Below, piece after piece: positions 8,620 to 18,221 of a stretch of DNA of 64,000 nucleotides; position 1 is the stretch's first letter, and each line of letters starts with the position of its first letter. The stretch is from a virus, in IMG/VR virus record IMGVR_UViG_3300027710_000023; one strand, 5' to 3'. The notes under the pieces are model-generated. The model worked only from the letters and a program-made list of their open reading frames with translations, did no database searches and was not told the origin of the DNA. Position numbers and translations under genes: made by a program.

Positions 8620-11460
8620 ATGGAACAGCAGATTATTACAGAAAATACCGTTGAACTGGAAGTTCAAGCAGTTGATCAACCATTAGTCAGTATAACTGAG
8701 TCTATTACAAGTGAAGCAATTCATTTAGATTCAACTGTAGATGTTAAGGTTGTTTCAGAAGAATCTGCTGTTCTTTTAGTTTTAACAGAAGGTGGATCGT
8801 TATATAAGTATGCTGTAGCCAATGGTTATAGTGGTACTGAATTAGAGTGGATGACAGAACTACTTGATAGCAAAGCTTCAGTAGAGTTTGTTGTAACAAC
8901 GATTGCAAATGAACAAGTTGCTTATGCAGCTGCATTACTTGCTTTAAAAACAGAAGTTGGTGATACATACGCAAGTAATATTCATTTATCTGAAGTTTTG
9001 GCTCAAAGGGATTTAGCTAGAGCAATCGATTATCAAAACCTAGAAGCCAAGATAAATACAGATGTGCAAGCAAGTTACACATCTTTAATTGATGTATTAG
9101 CTACTAACAATCTTGCGTACACACAAGCTATAAACACATTAACAGCTGATCTTGGTTTATCTGAATCAAGAATAGATAATGTTGAGATTGCTATTGTAAC
9201 TGAAGGTCAAGCACGAGCTGCGGCTATCAGTAACTTAAGCAGTACACTAAATAATAGAATCACTGCTGAAATAGGTACTGTACAAGAGACAATAGTAACA
9301 AATGAACAAGCTACAGCTACACGGTTTGTAAATTTGTCTACTTCATTCAATAACAGATTTGATGCTGAATTAATTGTTATTAATACAGCAATAAGTACAG
9401 AAACTAATGCAAGAGCTTCTCAAATAGAAACATTACGGGTAGATTTTACATCTGGATTGGAAGCAGTACTTACAGAAGTTAATGAAGTTAGGATTGACAT
9501 TAGTGGTAATACTTCAGCTATATCTAGTTTAAGTGGTATGGTAAATAACCCAACAACAGGGTTAGTAGCATCATTTAATAGAGCTAATCAAGCATATACA
9601 CTTGCTGATAATACAGCAGGTAGTTTGTCTGTTATAGAAGGTAAAGTAAATAATCCTACTACTGGTTTAGCTGCAACATATGCATTTGTACAACAGGTAG
9701 AAATTAATGCTAGTACTAATACAGCTACTGCAATTAATAGTTTACGTAATGAAATTACTGCTCCAAATGCAGCATGGACAGCAAATAATACATTTATTCA
9801 ATCTATTGATTCAAAGGCAGGAAATGCGTTAACTAATGCTGCTAATGCACAAAGTAGAGCAGATACGGCATTTACTAATGCAGGTAATGCACAGACAGCA
9901 GCTAATAATGCTAATGCGGAATTATTGGCTATAGCTTCTGATGCTGTATTAAGTAAAGGTGAAAAACCAGCTGTTATTTTAAATTTAACTAACATATTAA
10001 ATGAACAAGCAGGTATTACAGCAGAAGGTGTACGATATGGTATATCGACTCAACGTACTAATTACACTAATGCTATTAATACACTTAATACGTATCTTAA
10101 TGGGTTGTCTCCTTCGTATAGTGATACTACACAAAATACACCCATAGTTGCTGCAACGTTCAGACAAAGATTTTCTGATGTGTATTCAACAAGACAAATT
10201 TTGTTAGATGCTATTGCAGCAGCAGCTAAAGTTTTAGCAGATAACGCTAAAACAGCAGCGGATAATGCACAAGGTACAGCTAATAACGCTGTTACGTTAG
10301 TAACTGATTTAAGTAATAATTTAGAGAATACAGTAAGTGGATATATTGCAGGCAATTCTTTAATTTTAGAAATACAAGATGATTTAGAAGGAAACATACT
10401 TGCAACTAGTACATTAAGTTCTACTGTTACATCTTTAGATGGTTGGAAAACTAATACGGCTTCTGTGCAGTTACAGACGCACACAAATCAATTAGGTACT
10501 CTTGAATCAAGAGCTTTTATTGGTGTTAGTGCTACCGCAGGCGGTAAGGCTGTTGTTGCTGGTTTAACAGTTAATTCAATTAATTACTCATTAAGTTTTC
10601 AAGGTGATATATTTGAGTTAGTTAATACTAGTGGAGTACAACAACTTTATTATGATACCGCACAAGCACAATGGAATTTTGCAGGTAGTCTTGTAGCAGC
10701 ATCATTTAAAACAGCTACTAGTGGTTATCGAGTAGAAATGGATGGTACATCTAACTTTCCTATTTGGTATGGTCAAGGTACTAAAAATAGCAGTAATGGT
10801 TTGTTTTATACTGATAAAAGCGGTAACGTAGTGATGCAAAACGCCACTATGTATAATGCATCTATACAAGGTAAATTAGTAACAGATAGTGGTACTGGTA
10901 TTCGTACAGAAATTGTAGATGATGGTACTTATTTAATTTGGATCGGTAGTGGTGCTAAAACAGACGCAAATGCTATTTTCTGGATTAAAAGAAATCAAAC
11001 TGGTTTTATCAGTGGTGAGTTTTTCCAAGGTGAAATTATAGAAACTAAGTATGCTACATATAGCAGTACTGCAAATGAGGCTGCTCTAGCAACTATTTAT
11101 AATCATAGTTCTGCTGGTAAAACAATGGAACTTACGGGCAATGGTAACGCACGTATTCAATCAGGGCCGGGTACAGGCGATTTAAGTGCAATTATAATAG
11201 AAGCTACTTGTACTCTGTATAGTGATGGTAATGTAATTGCCAGTAATACTGTACAAGTAAGAGGAATATATAACATAGATTTAAATAGAACAAACTGGTT
11301 TTTGTCTTATCCTCTTACTGGTATAAGAACAGGCCAAGGTGTAGGTATACATACGGCGCAATATCAAGTTACATTTGCTCCTATTAATGGTAGTATCAGT
11401 GGTATGGTTTACTTAATTAAAAACTGTTCAGTTAAAACTTTTGAAAATAAACTGGAATAA
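8620..11460 (+). CDS. large virion structural protein (tail fibre/sheath-like, 946 aa)
   Basis: Long repetitive helical N-terminal region with Asn/Thr/Ser-rich repeats and a beta-rich C-terminus. Sits between the lysis genes and the portal. Confidence 0.5.
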   Translation: MEQQIITENTVELEVQAVDQPLVSITESITSEAIHLDSTVDVKVVSEESAVLLVLTEGGSLYKYAVANGYSGTELEWMTELLDSKASVEFVVTTIANEQVAYAAALLALKTEVGDTYASNIHLSEVLAQRDLARAIDYQNLEAKINTDVQASYTSLIDVLATNNLAYTQAINTLTADLGLSESRIDNVEIAIVTEGQARAAAISNLSSTLNNRITAEIGTVQETIVTNEQATATRFVNLSTSFNNRFDAELIVINTAISTETNARASQIETLRVDFTSGLEAVLTEVNEVRIDISGNTSAISSLSGMVNNPTTGLVASFNRANQAYTLADNTAGSLSVIEGKVNNPTTGLAATYAFVQQVEINASTNTATAINSLRNEITAPNAAWTANNTFIQSIDSKAGNALTNAANAQSRADTAFTNAGNAQTAANNANAELLAIASDAVLSKGEKPAVILNLTNILNEQAGITAEGVRYGISTQRTNYTNAINTLNTYLNGLSPSYSDTTQNTPIVAATFRQRFSDVYSTRQILLDAIAAAAKVLADNAKTAADNAQGTANNAVTLVTDLSNNLENTVSGYIAGNSLILEIQDDLEGNILATSTLSSTVTSLDGWKTNTASVQLQTHTNQLGTLESRAFIGVSATAGGKAVVAGLTVNSINYSLSFQGDIFELVNTSGVQQLYYDTAQAQWNFAGSLVAASFKTATSGYRVEMDGTSNFPIWYGQGTKNSSNGLFYTDKSGNVVMQNATMYNASIQGKLVTDSGTGIRTEIVDDGTYLIWIGSGAKTDANAIFWIKRNQTGFISGEFFQGEIIETKYATYSSTANEAALATIYNHSSAGKTMELTGNGNARIQSGPGTGDLSAIIIEATCTLYSDGNVIASNTVQVRGIYNIDLNRTNWFLSYPLTGIRTGQGVGIHTAQYQVTFAPINGSISGMVYLIKNCSVKTFENKLE

Positions 11461-11466
11461 AATAAA

Positions 11467-13644
11467 ATGACAGATAATGTATTAGCAATTAAAGACGATG
11501 AGTTTGAGAAATTAGGTGTACCTGAAGATAAACCTAAGTCACATAAATTTACTGACTGGAAAAAAGAACCTAGTGTTGAAGACTTACGGCGTGATATTAC
11601 TGATTCAGCAGTAGAACATAAAAACCATGTAGCTGATGTAACTAATTGGCTGGATGCTTTATTTATTCGTGGTAAACACCAACCAGCTAAAAGTAAAACA
11701 CATAGTAGTGTACAACCTAAAATTATTCGTAGACAGGCTGAATGGCGTTACGCTTCATTAGTAGAACCATTCTTAAGTACAGATGATTTATTTAATATTG
11801 ATCCTGTTGCTCATGATGACACGAAAGCAGCAGAACAGAATCAATTATTATTAAACAATCAAATTAACACAAGAATGAACAAAACTAAGTTCATTGGTGA
11901 TTATATTCGTACAGCTGTAAACGAAGGTACTGTTGTTTGTAAAGTATCTTGGGTTTATGAAGAACAAGAAATAGAAATTGATGTACCTAACTATGTTGTG
12001 CAGATGGATGAGTCTGAAAGCACAGCACAGATTATCCAATCACTTATTAATGAATATAAGATGGATAGTGAAGTATTTAATGCTAATACGTCACCTGAAT
12101 GGATTGAAGCTGTAAAATTAAGTATGGCTACCGGCACTGTACATGCTCCTATTGAAGATGGTACTAAAAAAGCTAAACAGATGGTTAGTAAACGTAATCA
12201 TCCTTGGGTTGAGGTATTAGGGTATGAAGAGGTTATTGTTGATCCAACATGCAAAGGTGATGTCGATAAAGCTAACTTTGTTATCCACGTATTTGATACA
12301 TCAATGGGTGAATTAAAGAAAGCAGGTATTTATCACAATTTAGATCTTATTGACGTGAGTGCATCTGAATCTGTTGGTTCAAGTGACTTTGAAAACACTC
12401 GTAATACCACATTCCAGTTTTCTGATAAGACACGTAAGAAATTACGCGCACATGAGTACTGGGGTTACTACGATGTAGAAGGTGATGGTGTTTTGGTGCC
12501 TATCGTAGCTACTTTTGTTGGTTCAGTGATGGTACGGTTAGAAAAGAACCCATACCCAGATCAAAAGCTTCCTTTTATATTGGTTCAGTATTTACCAGTA
12601 GTAGGCGGTGTATATGGTGAAGCTGATGCAACATTAATGGAAGAGAACCAACGTATTATTGGTGCTGTTACTCGTGGTGCTATTGATTTGCTTGCGAGAT
12701 CAGCAAATGGACAAATTGGTTATCGTAAAGATGCTTTAGATTATTTAAATAGACGTAAGTTGGTTAATGGTGAAGATTATGAATTTAATCCTAACGTTAA
12801 CCCAGAACAAGCATTTCACATGCACAAGTTCCCAGAGATTCCTAATTCAGCATTAACTTTATTGGGTATGCAGAATCAAGAAGTGGAATCTATGACTGGT
12901 GTGAAATCATTCAATACAGGGATGACAGGAGCGTCACTGGGAAGCACTGCGATTGGTGTACGCTCTGCTATGGATGCTACGGCCAAACGTGATATGGACA
13001 TTCTGAGGCGTCTTGCTAAAGGTGTTGAAGATATTGGCCGGAAGATGATCAGCATGAATGCTGTGTTTTTGGATGAAGTAGAAGTCATTCGGATCACTAA
13101 TAAATCATTTGTGCCTATTCGTCGTGATGATTTGTTAGGAAATTTCGATTTAAGGTTGACTATTAGTACTGCTGAGGCTGATAATCAAAAAGCCGAGGAA
13201 CTGGCTTTTATGCTTCAGACTCTAGGTAATTCTGTAGATTTCAATATCAGTAAAATGCTACTGGCTGATATTGCCAAATTACGTAAAATGCCATCACTGG
13301 CTAAACGTATCGAAGAATATACCCCTGAGCCTGATCCATTAGCTGTTCAAGAGCAACAATTGAAAGTACAGTTGTTACAGGCACAAATTCAAGAATCTGA
13401 AGCTAAAGCTCAACATTGGTTAAGTGGTGTAGATAAAAACGTTACTGGTGCTCAACTGGACAACGCTAAAGCACGTAAGACTAATAGTGAAGCAGATAAA
13501 GCTGATTTGGACTTTATTCAAGAAGAAACTGGTACTAATCATGCCAGAGCACTTGAACAGACTAAAGCACAAGCTGAAGGTAATATTGAGTTAGAAGCTG
13601 TAAAAGCTTTATTAAATCCACCAAAAGATAAACAATCTGCGTAA
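11467..13644 (+). CDS. portal protein (N4 gp59-like)
   Basis: 725 aa with a coiled-coil C-terminus. Synteny: upstream of the scaffold and major capsid genes. Confidence 0.55.
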   Translation: MTDNVLAIKDDEFEKLGVPEDKPKSHKFTDWKKEPSVEDLRRDITDSAVEHKNHVADVTNWLDALFIRGKHQPAKSKTHSSVQPKIIRRQAEWRYASLVEPFLSTDDLFNIDPVAHDDTKAAEQNQLLLNNQINTRMNKTKFIGDYIRTAVNEGTVVCKVSWVYEEQEIEIDVPNYVVQMDESESTAQIIQSLINEYKMDSEVFNANTSPEWIEAVKLSMATGTVHAPIEDGTKKAKQMVSKRNHPWVEVLGYEEVIVDPTCKGDVDKANFVIHVFDTSMGELKKAGIYHNLDLIDVSASESVGSSDFENTRNTTFQFSDKTRKKLRAHEYWGYYDVEGDGVLVPIVATFVGSVMVRLEKNPYPDQKLPFILVQYLPVVGGVYGEADATLMEENQRIIGAVTRGAIDLLARSANGQIGYRKDALDYLNRRKLVNGEDYEFNPNVNPEQAFHMHKFPEIPNSALTLLGMQNQEVESMTGVKSFNTGMTGASLGSTAIGVRSAMDATAKRDMDILRRLAKGVEDIGRKMISMNAVFLDEVEVIRITNKSFVPIRRDDLLGNFDLRLTISTAEADNQKAEELAFMLQTLGNSVDFNISKMLLADIAKLRKMPSLAKRIEEYTPEPDPLAVQEQQLKVQLLQAQIQESEAKAQHWLSGVDKNVTGAQLDNAKARKTNSEADKADLDFIQEETGTNHARALEQTKAQAEGNIELEAVKALLNPPKDKQSA

Positions 13645-13670
13645 GCAGGACACACAAAAGGTAAGTTAAA

Positions 13671-14018
13671 ATGTCTCAACAAGATTTAGAACAAATTGCA
13701 GTAGATTTAAAAGATGCAGAAAAGATGGTTAAAATCGGTGAAGCTTTACACCGTTTATACCAAAATGAAGACTTTAAAAATATTGTACTGGAACAATACT
13801 TTAAAGAAGAACCTGCACGCTGTGTTGTGATGTTAGGTCGTTTACAGCATGATCCTAAAGCATGTGAACGTATTCATAATGACTTAACAGCTATTGGTCT
13901 GTTCCAAGGTTTCTTACAAACAGTAAACCAAGGTTATCATGAAGCATTGCGTTCAATTAGTTCATTGAATGAAGCACAAGTTGCTATTGAACAAGAAATG
14001 CAAGAACAAGGTCAATAA
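13671..14018 (+). CDS. hypothetical head-module protein
   Basis: 115-aa ORF with RBS, lying between the portal and the scaffold. Confidence 0.4.
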   Translation: MSQQDLEQIAVDLKDAEKMVKIGEALHRLYQNEDFKNIVLEQYFKEEPARCVVMLGRLQHDPKACERIHNDLTAIGLFQGFLQTVNQGYHEALRSISSLNEAQVAIEQEMQEQGQ

Positions 14019-14034
14019 TCAATAGGTTTAAAAA

Positions 14035-14062
14035 GAAGCAGGCTTAATGCCTGCTTTTTATT
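14035..14062 (+). terminator. rho-independent terminator
   Basis: agcaggc ttaat gcctgct followed by ttttatt. Confidence 0.5.
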
Positions 14063-14074
14063 CGGAGAAATAAA

Positions 14075-15244
14075 ATGAGTAATAAAAATCCTTTATCAAT
14101 GTCAGATGATGACTTTTTAAAATTAAGTTCTGATGATTTTGAAAATGATGTTATTGAACAGGAAGAAGAAGAGGAAGAAGTAGAAACTGAAGAGTCTACT
14201 GAAGAAGAAGATCAGGAAGACGATACAAGTATTGAGTCTGAAGAAACAGAGGAAGAAACCGATGCTGATTCCGAAGAAGAAGAACAAGAAGAAGAAATTG
14301 ATCAAGATGAGGAAACAACTGAAGTAGAAGAAGATAAGTCAGCAGATAAAACAAATAAAACTACAAAAGCTGTTGAAACTAAAACTACAGAAGATAAGTC
14401 TACTACTGAGATCGATTATAAAGCAGCATATGAAAAGTTAACTGCACCATTTAAAGCTAATGGTTCAGAGCTTAAAGTAGACAATATTGATGACGCTATT
14501 ACCTTAATGCAGAAAGGTGCAAACTATAATGCAAAAATGGTAAGTATAAAGCCTCATTTAAAAATGTTGCGTATGCTTGAAAATCATGGATTATTGGACG
14601 AAACTAAATTAGCGCACTTGATTGACTTATCAAAACATGATAAAAATGCAATCGCAAAGTTAGTGGCAGATGCTAAGATCAATCCACTGGATATTGATGT
14701 AGAGCAGGCCGGTGATTATGTAGAGGGTAACTACAGTGTAACTGATACTGAAATGCGGTTTAATGAGGTAACTGCCGAACTGAAAGGCAAACCATCATAT
14801 GACCGAACTGTTAAGATCATCACTACGGAGTTTGACCCAACAAGTAAAAGGATGATTTCTGAAAACCCTGACGTCTTATTAGTTATAAATTCACAAGTAG
14901 AATCCGGAGTCTACGACATCGTGAAGGCAGAAGTTAATAAGCAACGTATGCTGGGTAAACTGAAGTCAGACTTATCTGATTTGGAAGCTTATGATTTAGT
15001 TGGTACGCAATTACATAATTCTGGTGCATTGGCCAAGTTTTATTCTCCTGAAGAAGACAAACAGCAAAAAGCTCCAGCAGCAAGTAATAAACCACCAATT
15101 AAAAAACAAAGTACACAAAATTCTTTAAATGATCGTAAAAAAGCAGTAGCCCCTGTAACTGGTGCTACCAAGAAAACAAATGCGGATTCTGACTTTAACC
15201 CATTAGCAATGTCAGATGAAGAATTCCTAAAACAGTTTGGTTAA
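14075..15244 (+). CDS. putative scaffolding protein
   Basis: Extremely acidic Glu/Asp-rich low-complexity N-terminus with a helical remainder. Immediately upstream of the capsid gene. GGAG RBS. Confidence 0.5.
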   Translation: MSNKNPLSMSDDDFLKLSSDDFENDVIEQEEEEEEVETEESTEEEDQEDDTSIESEETEEETDADSEEEEQEEEIDQDEETTEVEEDKSADKTNKTTKAVETKTTEDKSTTEIDYKAAYEKLTAPFKANGSELKVDNIDDAITLMQKGANYNAKMVSIKPHLKMLRMLENHGLLDETKLAHLIDLSKHDKNAIAKLVADAKINPLDIDVEQAGDYVEGNYSVTDTEMRFNEVTAELKGKPSYDRTVKIITTEFDPTSKRMISENPDVLLVINSQVESGVYDIVKAEVNKQRMLGKLKSDLSDLEAYDLVGTQLHNSGALAKFYSPEEDKQQKAPAASNKPPIKKQSTQNSLNDRKKAVAPVTGATKKTNADSDFNPLAMSDEEFLKQFG

Positions 15245-15255
15245 GGTGTTAAATC

Positions 15256-16692
15256 ATGACTATGAAATATGGTAACGGTAGTAACTCTACCATTGGCGTA
15301 CAGAATAAGACGAACTACTTCATTAAGAAGGCTCTTATTGAAGCCAAAAAACAAATGTTCTTCTCTCGTTTGGCAGATGTCACATCTATGCCTAAACACA
15401 TGGGTAAAACAATTAAACGCTTCCATTATCTGCCATTACTGGATGATGCGAACATTAACGACCAAGGTTTGGATGCTGCTGGTTTATCTACTGGTTTTGA
15501 AGCAACTATTGTTATTACCCCACCAGATACCCCAACTAACGGTACAGCAATGGGGCCATATGTATCTGATTACGTTGTTGGTAACGCTACAACTAACGCA
15601 ACAGATGCATTAAATAACGCTAAAGTGTTGGCTTTCAACTTACTGAAATATAAGTACAACATTGCTGGTGTTGATTACGCAGCTGCTCGTCCTAATGCTG
15701 TTACAGCAGGTTTTACTATTAATGACACAATTACTGCTGTAAACGGTCATGGTAACTTGTATGGCTCTTCTAAAGATCCGGGCTACATTACTGCACGTTT
15801 ACCGACTCTGACTGAGAACGGTGGTCGTGTAAACAAAGTTGGTTTCAAACGTATTGAAATTGAAGGTACTTTACGTAAGTTTGGTTTTTTCTCTGAATAT
15901 ACTCAAGAATCATTGGATTTTGATAACGATGATATGCTGGAAGAGCATGTAACCCGTGAAATGATCAATGGTGCTAACGAAATCAATGAAGACCTGATTC
16001 AGATGGATCTGTTAGCTGCTGCTGGTGTTCGTCGTTACGGTGGTAGTGCTGTAAACCGTGCAGGTGTAACTGGTGAAGGTACTCCAGCTCAAGCGTCTTT
16101 AGTTAGCTATTCTGGCTTAAGTCGTCTGTCTGTAGAACTGGATATGAACCGTTGCCCTAAATCAACGAAAATGATCACTGGTTCTACAATGAATGATACT
16201 AAAGTTGTTCCGGCAGCTCGTTTCATTCACATTGGCCCAGAACTGGTGCCTACACTGCGTGAACTGGTAGACCCGTTCAACCAACCGGCATTTATCCCAG
16301 TTGAGAAATACGGTGCTGCTACTACTCCAGTAGAAGGCGAAGTAGGTGCAATTGCTGACTTCCGTGTAGTTGTTGTTGAAGAAATGATGAACTATCCGGG
16401 TGCTGGTGCTAACGTAGCTACTAACGGTGGTGTATATCGTAACACTAACGGTAAGTACGATGTATTCCCAATGTTGGTTGTAGGTTCTGAAGCATTTACT
16501 ACAGTTGGTTTCCAAACTGATGGTAAATCTACTAAGTTCACTATTTACCACAAAAAACCGGGCTTAGAAACTGCTGACCGTGTAAGTGATCCATTTGGTG
16601 AATTAGGCTTCATGTCTATCAAATGGTACTATGGTTCAATGGTACTGCGTCCAGAACGTATCGCTGTATACTTCACTGTTGCCAAATGGTAA
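15256..16692 (+). CDS. major capsid protein
   Basis: 478 aa with biased Gly/Ala/Val/Thr composition and highly optimised codons. Followed by the strongest terminator in the window. Synteny. Confidence 0.65.
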   Translation: MTMKYGNGSNSTIGVQNKTNYFIKKALIEAKKQMFFSRLADVTSMPKHMGKTIKRFHYLPLLDDANINDQGLDAAGLSTGFEATIVITPPDTPTNGTAMGPYVSDYVVGNATTNATDALNNAKVLAFNLLKYKYNIAGVDYAAARPNAVTAGFTINDTITAVNGHGNLYGSSKDPGYITARLPTLTENGGRVNKVGFKRIEIEGTLRKFGFFSEYTQESLDFDNDDMLEEHVTREMINGANEINEDLIQMDLLAAAGVRRYGGSAVNRAGVTGEGTPAQASLVSYSGLSRLSVELDMNRCPKSTKMITGSTMNDTKVVPAARFIHIGPELVPTLRELVDPFNQPAFIPVEKYGAATTPVEGEVGAIADFRVVVVEEMMNYPGAGANVATNGGVYRNTNGKYDVFPMLVVGSEAFTTVGFQTDGKSTKFTIYHKKPGLETADRVSDPFGELGFMSIKWYYGSMVLRPERIAVYFTVAKW

Positions 16693-16710
16693 TAAGTGAT
16701 TTACTCTTAA

Positions 16711-16738
16711 GCCCATCCCAGTGATGGGCTTTTTTCTC
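16711..16738 (+). terminator. rho-independent terminator after the capsid gene
   Basis: gcccatc ccagt gatgggc followed by tttttt. Confidence 0.7.
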
Positions 16739-16759
16739 TAAACAAAGGTAACATCAAAA

Positions 16760-17326
16760 ATGACCGAAACAACAACAACACCAACTGAGTTGGAAATTTT
16801 GAAACAACGTGCTGATCAAATGGGTATTACTTACCATCCTTCAATTGGTGTAGATGCTTTACGTGATAAAGTGAATGCTAAATTGAATGGTACACCTGAA
16901 CCAACACAAAATATTACAGTTAATATTAATAGCGAATTTGTACCTTCTGCTGCTGCATTAAAGATGGCTGAAGATCAACGAATTAACTACATCCGTAAGA
17001 ATGCACTTCGTTTGGTTCGTGTACGTATCTCTTGTATGAATCCAAACAAGAAAGAATGGGATAATGAGTTGTTCTCTGTACAGAATGACATCTTAGCTGC
17101 AAAACGTGTAGTTCCATTCAACGTTGATTGGCATGTTGAACAATGTATCTTAGATATGATCCAAGATCGTGTATGTACTGCTTATAAAGAACGTAAAGAC
17201 CAGTATGGGCGTAAACACACAGACCCATACCAAATTAAAGAATACGCTGTAACTATTCTTCCTCCTTTGACTGAAGAAGAGTTAGATGATCTTCGTCAAC
17301 AACAAGCTATGCGTGGTGGCGTGTAA
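16760..17326 (+). CDS. hypothetical virion protein
   Basis: 188-aa ORF downstream of the capsid gene. Confidence 0.4.
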   Translation: MTETTTTPTELEILKQRADQMGITYHPSIGVDALRDKVNAKLNGTPEPTQNITVNINSEFVPSAAALKMAEDQRINYIRKNALRLVRVRISCMNPNKKEWDNELFSVQNDILAAKRVVPFNVDWHVEQCILDMIQDRVCTAYKERKDQYGRKHTDPYQIKEYAVTILPPLTEEELDDLRQQQAMRGGV

Positions 17327-17328
17327 TT

Positions 17329-18174
17329 ATGACTATTCCTACTATTTCAATTACCGATATTACAACTAATCCTGATCATGGTGCAGGAACAGGTGTATTT
17401 GACATTCTTTATGACAAAGTAAAAAAGGAAGTAACAGGAGAGTTTACTACCGGTAAATTGAAAGGTAGTGAGTATGCAGAAGTGGTATTAGGTAGCTTAA
17501 CTGCTACCTTAAACCAATCTATGCAGTTTTTGTTTACTCGTGATGAGTTAAATTACAAATTACAGATTTTAGATTTAGAAAAACAACAACAAGCAGTTGT
17601 TCTTGAAAAATTAAAATTAGAGAAAGATATTCTAGTTTTAAACAAAGATATTTTGGAAAAAAACAAATTAGAGCTGGATGCTAAAATTGATTTAATGAAT
17701 CTGGAAAAAACCACTGTCGCTAAACAACAAGCATTGTTGGATAAACAAGTAGCTACAGAAAACCAGAAAGTATTAAACATGGCTCAAGAGTTACTGTTAA
17801 TTACAGCGCAAAAAGATTTAGCTGTACAACAGAAAGCTAATTTAGTTATTGATGGTCAGAAATTAACACAGGAAGTTACATTAATAAGTAAAAACGCTTT
17901 ACTTGTAGAAGAACAAGTTAACTTGTCTCAAAAGAACAGAGATAAGATTACTTCTGAAATTGCATTACTGACAGCTAAAGTAACTACAGAAAATGCACAA
18001 ACTACAGGTACTGTTGGTGGTTTAATTGGTAAACAAGTTGAATTGTATGAAGCACAGCGCTTAGGGTTTGCAGAAGATGCATCCATTAAACGTGAAAAGA
18101 TTAAAGCAGATGTTTGGTCTGTGGCTCGAACAACTGATCCAGATGCTACACCAATTCCACCACAATGGCAGTAA
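17329..18174 (+). CDS. coiled-coil virion protein
   Basis: Central 200 aa are heptad-rich (LEKxKLE repeats). Confidence 0.4.
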   Translation: MTIPTISITDITTNPDHGAGTGVFDILYDKVKKEVTGEFTTGKLKGSEYAEVVLGSLTATLNQSMQFLFTRDELNYKLQILDLEKQQQAVVLEKLKLEKDILVLNKDILEKNKLELDAKIDLMNLEKTTVAKQQALLDKQVATENQKVLNMAQELLLITAQKDLAVQQKANLVIDGQKLTQEVTLISKNALLVEEQVNLSQKNRDKITSEIALLTAKVTTENAQTTGTVGGLIGKQVELYEAQRLGFAEDASIKREKIKADVWSVARTTDPDATPIPPQWQ

Positions 18175-18221
18175 ACAAACATAATTACGGAGAAGGGAGC
18201 TAAAGGCTCCCTTATTACATT

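Noticed and set aside
15269-16551. ORFs 15269..15613 (+) and 16162..16551 (-) within the capsid gene
   Set aside because: They are alternative-frame and antisense ORFs inside the highly expressed capsid gene.
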